This document shows, piece by piece, positions 1-6,552 of a stretch of 12,043 nucleotides of DNA. This stretch comes from Candidatus Tenderia sp. (GTDB lineage: Bacteria; Pseudomonadota; Gammaproteobacteria; Tenderiales; Tenderiaceae), in contig JANOSY010000037.1 of NCBI GenBank assembly GCA_031416075.1, forward strand, positions 1 to 12,043, given 5' to 3'. Position numbers and translations under genes: made by a program. The notes beneath the pieces are model-generated. The model saw only the letters and a list, made by a program, of their open reading frames with translations, was not told the DNA's origin and searched no databases. Position 1 is the stretch's first letter; every line of letters begins with the position of its first letter.

Positions 1-37
1 TCCCCCGGCTAAGCCGGGGGATTACCTTATTTATTTA
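1..37. repeat. Copy 1 of a 37-bp direct repeat containing a GC-rich hairpin (TCCCCCGGC-TAA-GCCGGGGGA); IS200/IS605- or REP-like end, possibly truncated by the window edge
   Basis: 1-37 reads tcccccggctaagccgggggattaccttatttattta. It has a perfect 9-bp stem with a 3-nt loop and matches 105-141 at 36/37 positions. Confidence 0.85.
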
Positions 38-104
38 ATTCTCCTAACTTTTGATCGAGTCAGAAGAATCAGGCCGACCGTAGCGCTCGGTCAAACCTAA
101 AGAG

Positions 105-141
105 TCCCCCGGCAAAGCCGGGGGATTACCTTATTTATTTA
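105..141. repeat. Copy 2 of the 37-bp hairpin repeat (TCCCCCGGC-AAA-GCCGGGGGA)
   Basis: 105-141 reads tcccccggcaaagccgggggattaccttatttattta and differs from copy 1 only in the loop. The period is 104 bp. Confidence 0.85.
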
Positions 142-306
142 TGGTTAGGATGAGGCATGGCTGGCGACTCCAGATGGTTGCGAATTGTGTGGTAACAATC
201 AGCTTATCATCTCGCCAGCCTTCTTATTTCTTCAATAGGTTAGTGGCTTTTCATGCGGTACTATGGCTTAAGTAAGTGCCATTCGTAACAGGCCCAATAT
301 ATAAAA

Positions 307-687
307 TCAGCGCCCAAGCAGCTGTTTTATCTTCCCAACAAACTCATCCGTATCAAAAGGTTTGCCAATGCAAACAGTAATATCTACGTTAGAGAGCTCA
401 CTATAATTACTCACATCAGTCCTTGCCGTCAGCATCAAAAAAGGTAATCGCTTTATCTTTGGCGACGCACGAACAAATGAGAGAAGCTCTAAACCTGTCA
501 TAAAAGGCATATTCCAATCAGAAATAATCAACTCATAGTCGCTCTCACACAACGACACTTTTGCCTGCTGACCATCCGATACACAAGTCACTACAACAGG
601 GCTAAAGGCCCGGCGTAACAACACCGTCAATGCAAGAGCAATGTTAGCGTCATCCTCTACAACTAATATTTTCAGTCCTTTATTCAT
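307..687 (-). CDS. Single-domain response regulator (CheY-like receiver), 126 aa
   Basis: Motifs ILVVEDD, LIISDWNMP (phospho-Asp), LMLTA and KPF are all present. The ATG at 687 (MNKGLKIL) is preferred over the GTG at 738 because the receiver domain starts right after it and a G-rich RBS-like run precedes it. Confidence 0.9.
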   Translation of the reverse strand: MNKGLKILVVEDDANIALALTVLLRRAFSPVVVTCVSDGQQAKVSLCESDYELIISDWNMPFMTGLELLSFVRASPKIKRLPFLMLTARTDVSNYSELSNVDITVCIGKPFDTDEFVGKIKQLLGR

Positions 688-793
688 GCCGACCCCCGTC
701 AAGACAAGACCCCAAACAAAATATTTTTTAACACCCACACCCTGAGCGGCTTAATTGTGATCACTCAACACTCTGAAAACTTAACAAACCCAC

Positions 794-2719
794 TCATTTA
801 CGTAACGGCAGTGCCACATTAAAGCTACTCCCCACCCCCAATTCACTATCAACCCAAATGCGCCCTTGATAGTGCTCCACAATTTCCTTACAAATAGTCA
901 ACCCCAAGCCACTACCGCTGGTTTTTCGCGTGTCTGAACTATCAACTTGATGAAAACTTTCAAACACCCTGTCAACCTCATCCGCTGGAATACCTATCCC
1001 TGCATCAACAACAGTGATGTTTACTTCACAATCTGACAATGACATTGACACTGTCACAACACCCTTCTCAGTAAACTTCAATGCGTTGGACAATAAATTA
1101 TCAAAAAGCTGGCGGGCACGATCTTCATCCAAATAAAGCAGGCACTCATCCTGTTCCACAAGCAGCTGTAGAGATAAATGTTTGTCGCGATACGCCGAAG
1201 AAAAAAACTCAACTGACTTTTTTAAAACATCAACCAAATTCACCGACATATCTTTCCACACAGTTTTACCAGAGTCCATTTTTTGCAAATCAAGCAGATC
1301 ATTTATCAATCGCCCAAGCCTGTCACTTTCATCATTAATAATCGAAAGAAAATGCCTTTGGGTATCGATATCTATATTTCCAACATCCTCTTTAAGTATC
1401 CCGGCAAATGATTTAATAGAGGTCAGAGGTGTGCGCAGTTCATGGGAGACTACTGAGACAAGGTCAGTCTTCACCTTGTTAAGATGTTGCAATTGCACAT
1501 TCGCCGCCTCCAGCTCCGCAGTACGCTGCTTAACCAGAACTTCCAGATTCTCAGAAAGCTGTTTAAGTGAATAGGCCTTCTCCCCAAGCTCCTGCTCAAT
1601 CTTTTTCATGTCAGTAATGTCTGTTCTAATACCAACATATTCATACGGATCACCAAACTCGTCCATAAAGGGTACTATAGTGGTATTAACCCACAGCTCC
1701 CGCCCCTCTTTTGATCGATTCAACATCTCCCCATGCCACACATTACCAGCCGTGATGGTCTTCCACATCTCGCCAAAATATTGTTCACTGTGAAACCCTG
1801 AACTGATAATGTCGTGCTGTTTGCCAAGCAATTCCTGACTGCTAAAACCAGTTGCATCAAGAAATCTTTGATTGGCATAAGTAATATTCCCATTCACATC
1901 AGTGATGCTCACAATGGTATGTTCATCAAGGGCCAGCTTCTGAGTATTCAACGCCTTTAACGCCCGCCTAATCGCCACCTCCTGCTCAAAAAGATGTGTA
2001 GCCGCCTCATTCAATGCCAAACCTAACTGCTCAACTTCAATCGCACTACTGTCGACAGAAATATATCCACCACGTTTATTTTTTAACTCGGCAGCGAATT
2101 CAGCTGATTCACGCAACATACGAAGAGGACGGCGCATCACCAACAAAATTGAAGCCATCAACATGACAGCCAGTATGACGCCATCCAACATGTAATCGTA
2201 AAGATACTGCTGAGCAATGGCCTCCGCCTCAGCTAAGCTGTATGTTAAGCGCACCCAACCAACTAGATTAGCACCAATAACTGGCTCCCAAACAATCAAG
2301 AACCCTTTCCTCTCTGTTTGCAGAACAGGGTTAGCCGGTGGCTGAAGCTGTGTAAGTTCATAGCGTAATTGAGGAGTGCCATCAGATGCTGTCATCACAT
2401 CTGTAATTATTTTTCCTTCAATATCGACAATCTGTGTTTCGATCACACTAGGAAAGCGCGCTGTACGCAAAAGCAACTGATCTGAGGAGGCAAAATCGAG
2501 GGTAATAATGTGGGCAACACTGGTCGTGGCGATGTTCTCCGCCAACGCCTTAGCCTGAAGCGTAGCAGAACTCACCACCCTTTCTGCACTCTCTTGAGCT
2601 TCATGAAGGGCAAAATAAGGCACTATTAAACAGAGCAGCAACGTAACCGAAAGCATCACTTGACGGTCAAGACGCCGCGGCAACATGGCATAGACTAACC
2701 GTCGCCAAACCATGCTCAT
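794..2719 (-). CDS. Membrane sensor histidine kinase (2 TM, periplasmic domain, HAMP-like linker, PAS, coiled coil, HisKA, HATPase_c)
   Basis: Hydrophobic segments lie at about aa 21-38 and 177-195, and the PAS domain at about aa 262-370 (ITDVNGNITYANQRF...DITD). Kinase boxes: H SHELRTPLTSI (H426), N NLLSNALKFT, G1 DAGIGI, F FESFHQ, G2 GSGLGL. Confidence 0.95.
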   Translation of the reverse strand: MSMVWRRLVYAMLPRRLDRQVMLSVTLLLCLIVPYFALHEAQESAERVVSSATLQAKALAENIATTSVAHIITLDFASSDQLLLRTARFPSVIETQIVDIEGKIITDVMTASDGTPQLRYELTQLQPPANPVLQTERKGFLIVWEPVIGANLVGWVRLTYSLAEAEAIAQQYLYDYMLDGVILAVMLMASILLVMRRPLRMLRESAEFAAELKNKRGGYISVDSSAIEVEQLGLALNEAATHLFEQEVAIRRALKALNTQKLALDEHTIVSITDVNGNITYANQRFLDATGFSSQELLGKQHDIISSGFHSEQYFGEMWKTITAGNVWHGEMLNRSKEGRELWVNTTIVPFMDEFGDPYEYVGIRTDITDMKKIEQELGEKAYSLKQLSENLEVLVKQRTAELEAANVQLQHLNKVKTDLVSVVSHELRTPLTSIKSFAGILKEDVGNIDIDTQRHFLSIINDESDRLGRLINDLLDLQKMDSGKTVWKDMSVNLVDVLKKSVEFFSSAYRDKHLSLQLLVEQDECLLYLDEDRARQLFDNLLSNALKFTEKGVVTVSMSLSDCEVNITVVDAGIGIPADEVDRVFESFHQVDSSDTRKTSGSGLGLTICKEIVEHYQGRIWVDSELGVGSSFNVALPLRK

Positions 2720-2736
2720 ACTATACGGTATCCGTA

Positions 2737-3573
2737 CTATCGCGCTTTATCAAAGGGTGCTATCAACCCTCTAACAACATCATACTCAGCATCATTGGTC
2801 GCAGCAAAGCCATCGTAATCATTATCCAGCGCTTTAATTACCGCGCGATGCTTAGGATTTTCAATATCAAGCTTCAAAAAAGCCTTCTGCATTTTTTCAA
2901 GTAACAGCTTATCAACCTTCGAACTAGCAGTAATATTGTACGGCGGCAACTGAGGTGAGGCGTGAATAATACGCAACCCCTTATCCTGCCAATCGAGCGC
3001 AGTTGTATCTTTAAGAATACCTGCATCATAAAAACCACGCATAACCGCACGCGCAATATTATCATAGTGACCAATAAACACCTGTTTACCCAGCTTCTCC
3101 AACGATACACCCGCACCTACAACAGCAGCCTTCTGCAATAAAGCAGCGGGATCACCAAATGCAAAGGATTTTCCATCTAATTGCGCAACACTGTTAATAG
3201 AACTGTTATCACGCACCACTATCATCAGCTGAAAAGAACCTTTACCCTGAGTCACCATTTTAGCAACAAGCTGACTATTGCTTAATGCGCGCGTTCGCAA
3301 ATAAGCGACGGGGGTAAGATAAGCAAGCTCTACCTCCCCTCGAGCAACGGCACTAATCGCCTCTTTCATGTCCGTAGATAATTTCAGGACCACTGGACGC
3401 CCCAGCTCCTGCGTCAAATACTCTGTCAAAGGTGTTAGCCGATGGTGCATCACTGCGGGGGTATCCATTGCAACAGAACCAAAACGGATCTCTTCATACT
3501 GCAGTTCTGCCGCCTGACCAGTGCAAAAAGCACCAACACCAAGTAACAATATAGTTAAATACGAACGTAACAT
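2737..3573 (-). CDS. Periplasmic substrate-binding protein, PhnD (phosphonate-binding)-like fold
   Basis: It has an N-terminal signal peptide and family-like segments RFGSV, LTEYLTQELGRPV, GEVELAYLTPVAY, SVAQLDGKSFAFGD, AVMRGFYDAG and DAEYDVVR. No permease or ATPase genes are adjacent. Confidence 0.8.
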   Translation of the reverse strand: MLRSYLTILLLGVGAFCTGQAAELQYEEIRFGSVAMDTPAVMHHRLTPLTEYLTQELGRPVVLKLSTDMKEAISAVARGEVELAYLTPVAYLRTRALSNSQLVAKMVTQGKGSFQLMIVVRDNSSINSVAQLDGKSFAFGDPAALLQKAAVVGAGVSLEKLGKQVFIGHYDNIARAVMRGFYDAGILKDTTALDWQDKGLRIIHASPQLPPYNITASSKVDKLLLEKMQKAFLKLDIENPKHRAVIKALDNDYDGFAATNDAEYDVVRGLIAPFDKAR

Positions 3574-3604
3574 TATTTCACTAACATCTCAATTAACCTC
3601 AGCA

Positions 3605-4402
3605 CTATTTTTGAACACAAACATTGCCAGATGGTATTGGCAACTCAACATAAAAAACAGACCCTTCGCCCATAATACTCGTTGCCCAAACACGTCCCCG
3701 GTAATACTCAACAACAGTGCGTACAAATGCCATCCCAATATTTTTGCATCCAATCACACCTACAGCATCAGATTGAAAAAAAGGCAACAGACGTTGTTCC
3801 GGTATGCCGGGGCCATTATCAATCACACTCAATACAACCGACGCGCCATCACTCTGAACATCCAGACTCACACACCCTCTCTCTGTAAAACGCAAAGCAT
3901 TTATCAACAGCACCTGAAGAAGCCGTGAAAAGCGTCCGGCATCCATTAGTGTCACCAGCTTTTCAATGTTCGCTGTATAGCTAAAACCAATCCCCTTTGC
4001 AACGCACCATCGCCGCACTGATTTTATAGAGCGGTTAACTACTTCCATAACATCAACATACTCATCATGCCATACCATGTCGCCGTTCATTATATTTTGG
4101 TTATCGATAACGTTAGCGATCATACTGCCGATGCGTTCAGCCTCCATACTGATAGAGGCAAGATATTTTGAACGATTACCCGCATCAGGTTCATCAGCAT
4201 GGCTCAACAAAATATCGGCATACAACTTTACGCTTGTAAGCGGATTTTTAATATCATGGGCAATGGCTGAAACAACCTGTTTTGATTTGGAAAGTACCGC
4301 AGCATCAAATATTTTTTGCTCACCCACAGAATACATTTGATCAAACAGCTCATGATATAGCCGCCAGAGATCCTCTTTATTATCCGCAGCGTATGTATTC
4401 AT
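3605..4402 (-). CDS. Cytoplasmic histidine kinase core (HisKA + HATPase_c) with no sensor domain and a degenerate G2 box
   Basis: Boxes: H AHDIKNPLTSVK, N LLINALRFT, G1 DNGPGI, F PFFQ, C-terminal GEGSVFYVELP. The G2 position reads GCKNIGMAF. There is no TM segment. Confidence 0.85.
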   Translation of the reverse strand: MNTYAADNKEDLWRLYHELFDQMYSVGEQKIFDAAVLSKSKQVVSAIAHDIKNPLTSVKLYADILLSHADEPDAGNRSKYLASISMEAERIGSMIANVIDNQNIMNGDMVWHDEYVDVMEVVNRSIKSVRRWCVAKGIGFSYTANIEKLVTLMDAGRFSRLLQVLLINALRFTERGCVSLDVQSDGASVVLSVIDNGPGIPEQRLLPFFQSDAVGVIGCKNIGMAFVRTVVEYYRGRVWATSIMGEGSVFYVELPIPSGNVCVQK

Positions 4403-4461
4403 TTATCGATTGCCCTGCTCTCAAACCTTTCATCTCCAACAGTAAGCATTAGCAATAATAA

Positions 4462-5124
4462 CTATGCCGTCTTTGGAACCATGTAACCCGCACCACGTAC
4501 CGTGACAATAAGCTCCTTGCCAAACTTCTTACGCAGGTGGTGAATATGGACCTCTGTAGTATTGCTTTCAACAGTCAAACGCCATCCATACAATCTCTCT
4601 TCAATTTTTTCCCGAGAGATAAGTCGGCCGGTGTTGTCGAGCAGAAGGTGAAGCAATACAAACTCTTTTGTTGGAAGAACTACCGGTTTGCCTTTAAATG
4701 TCACAATTCTGGTAGCAGGGTCCAGAACCAAATCGCCATAGTTAACCAAGGGTGTAGCACGATCTGCCTTGCGACGTAACAGCGCTCTAATTCGGGCATA
4801 AAGCTCATCCATATCAAATGGTTTGATCAAATAATCATCCGCCCCATTATCCAAACCAACTATTCTGTCTAACACTGTATCTCGGGCTGAAAGAATCAAT
4901 ACCGGCAGCTTATTTCCCTCATCACGAAACCGCTTCAACAAACTAAGTCCATCCAGTTTTGGCAACCCAATATCCAGCACCACTAAATCAAACGACTCAG
5001 ACAGAAGTGCTTGCAACGCACCATCACCGTCCATCAACCAGTCCACTGTAAAACCCACCCCCTCAAGCCCAGACCGGATACCACTACCCAATGTGGGGTC
5101 ATCTTCCACCAACAAAATTCGCAT
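4462..5124 (-). CDS. OmpR-family winged-helix response regulator, QseB/PmrA-like
   Basis: Receiver motifs are MRILLVEDD, VLDIGLPKLDG and GADDYLIKPF. The DNA-binding region SNTTEVHIHHLRKK...TVRGAGY is characteristic of the QseB/PmrA branch. Length is 220 aa. Confidence 0.92.
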   Translation of the reverse strand: MRILLVEDDPTLGSGIRSGLEGVGFTVDWLMDGDGALQALLSESFDLVVLDIGLPKLDGLSLLKRFRDEGNKLPVLILSARDTVLDRIVGLDNGADDYLIKPFDMDELYARIRALLRRKADRATPLVNYGDLVLDPATRIVTFKGKPVVLPTKEFVLLHLLLDNTGRLISREKIEERLYGWRLTVESNTTEVHIHHLRKKFGKELIVTVRGAGYMVPKTA

Positions 5125-5435
5125 AGCACTCTCTTGAAATTAAATTATCGTTAGACTGTCAACTCTACCCCACAACACACCGAATAGAATAGAGTCAACT
5201 TCAAAATGGCTTCAACCAGCTCGTCAACCCTATGATTTAACCTGTCTCTATCACAGCAATTTTCGTATCAGCAGATATGCAGTGAATCCATCTCCGAATC
5301 ACAAGTCCTATCAAACAAGATCCTGACAAGTCCAGCCTTAACACCCGCTCTTTTCATTAAATCCACAAAAAAAGCATTCAGCTTTTTTATGAAAAAACAA
5401 TACCTGACAGCGCCTGCATGTCAATGCCAAAAATA

Positions 5436-5468
5436 TTTAATAATTACTTAATAATCCTGTGCTATTTT
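5436..5468 (+). promoter_or_regulatory. Putative PmrA/QseB-type binding box plus extended -10 for the 5536 gene
   Basis: TTAATAAT occurs at 5437-5444 and 5448-5455 (11-bp period), reading TTTAA-N6-CTTAA. It is followed by TG-C-TATTTT at 5460-5468. Confidence 0.5.
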
Positions 5469-5535
5469 GTCCCCATAATGTCATGCTCACAGGGTGTGGG
5501 TAGCTCGTGTGACAACAACGTAGATCGGAGAGACT

Positions 5536-6507
5536 GTGTTTTATAACACTGCACCGAAACCGCTTATCACGCTCCTTATAGCCGCCTTGTTCCCTTCAAG
5601 TCCTGCGCGCGGTGAGTTTGCGCTCAATTTTCTGCCCAACCCCAATGTAGTTGCCAGCATGGCCAATCAGAGCTGTAACGCCAATACCGGCGGCGGTATG
5701 ATGGGGGGCGGGGCAATGGGCGGGGCAATGGGCGGCATGATGGGATTTGGTCCCGGGTGTGCTGGCAGCGGCTACTTTTTACAGCAACTTGTCACTGAAA
5801 ATGCCAACCAATACTACCACGTCATTGTCGGCACCCCAGGCGATGGTTTTGCGCTGGAGTATTATATGGCGACGGGAGGCTGCTGCTGGTTTGGCGGCGG
5901 TGGCGGCATGATGGGTGGCGGCGACGCCCCTTTTTCATCCAGCTTTGGTGATACTACTAATCGGGGGTTTAACGCCTTTACCCCACTCTCAAATAACTCT
6001 GCAGCCGGTAACGCCAGTGGCAATCCCAACAGGGTCTACATGCGCCAGATCACTAACGATGCTGCTATCACTTCAGAGTTTCTCAAAGTTCGCGAAGTTA
6101 ACAAACCGCGCATCACCCAGAACATCAATAGCGGTACCGCCATGTCATCAGTTTTTAACCTTGACATGAGCAACGGCACTTACGCAGCCTTCAGCAACCC
6201 AGTCAGTTTTGACAATACAACCACCGTTGCAGGGGTGGGAAGCTTTAATGCGGCCACAACCCCTACAGCAAAAGCCAATGCGGGCCGTTTCCGCTACACT
6301 CCGGGGGCCAGCTTTAGTGGTAGTTTTGGCACCTACAACTATGAGAGCAGTAATTTTAACGCCTATGGCGTCAATTGGCTCTCTTATTGCGGAGCCAGCC
6401 AAAACCCCAGCCACCAGTGTGTTTTTAATGCTGGAGGAGGAATGATGGGGGGGATGATGGGCGCTGGAGGAGGGGGCGGTGGTGGTGGCATGATGGGTGG
6501 CATGTAA
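5536..6507 (+). CDS. Hypothetical secreted Gly/Met-rich protein with 6 Cys, 323 aa
   Basis: The GTG start follows GGAG at 5527-5530. The N-terminus is signal-peptide-like (KPLITLLIAALFPSSPARG|EF). There are three GGMM tracts, and the ORF fills the gap before the convergent uvrB. Confidence 0.85.
   Translation: MFYNTAPKPLITLLIAALFPSSPARGEFALNFLPNPNVVASMANQSCNANTGGGMMGGGAMGGAMGGMMGFGPGCAGSGYFLQQLVTENANQYYHVIVGTPGDGFALEYYMATGGCCWFGGGGGMMGGGDAPFSSSFGDTTNRGFNAFTPLSNNSAAGNASGNPNRVYMRQITNDAAITSEFLKVREVNKPRITQNINSGTAMSSVFNLDMSNGTYAAFSNPVSFDNTTTVAGVGSFNAATTPTAKANAGRFRYTPGASFSGSFGTYNYESSNFNAYGVNWLSYCGASQNPSHQCVFNAGGGMMGGMMGAGGGGGGGGMMGGM
5707..5742 (+). repeat. In-frame 12-bp tandem repeat GGCGGGGCAATG x2 plus one variant, encoding GGAM GGAM GGMM
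   Basis: 5707-5718 and 5719-5730 are identical. 5731-5742 reads ggcggcatgatg. Confidence 0.8.
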
Positions 6508-6552
6508 ATAACGCTCCGACACGCTCTGCCCGCAGATTCCACACATCCCCGC

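Larger units (their letters stand above)
1..141 (-). mobile_element. Probable non-autonomous remnant or ends of an IS200/IS605-type (HUH Y1 transposase) element
   Basis: The minus strand reads AAGGTAATCCCCCGGCTTTGCCGGGGGACTC...GTTTGAC, resembling the subterminal hairpins of IS200/IS605 elements (recalled family resemblance). No transposase ORF lies in the window. Confidence 0.5.

Noticed and set aside
1-141. CRISPR array (37-bp palindromic repeats)
   Set aside because: Only two copies are visible, the 67-bp spacer is too long and is itself structured, and no cas genes are present. The hairpin fits IS200/IS605 or REP ends better.
42-150. Integron attC site (TCCTAAC at 42-48, GTTAGGA at 144-150)
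   Set aside because: The ends are complementary but miss the RYYYAAC/GTTRRRY consensus, there are no pairing L boxes, and no cassette ORF or integrase is present.
688-738. GTG-initiated extension of the receiver protein
   Set aside because: The receiver fold starts right after the ATG at 687, so the extension is probably not translated, though this is not excluded.
5476-5520. c-di-GMP-I riboswitch or CsrA site in the leader
   Set aside because: The resemblance is superficial. There is no GNRA tetraloop/receptor two-stem architecture, and the hairpin loop is AGGGT with no GGA.
6433-6507. groEL fragment suggested by the GGM tail
   Set aside because: The rest of the protein shows no chaperonin motifs and has a signal peptide. 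The similarity is low-complexity only.
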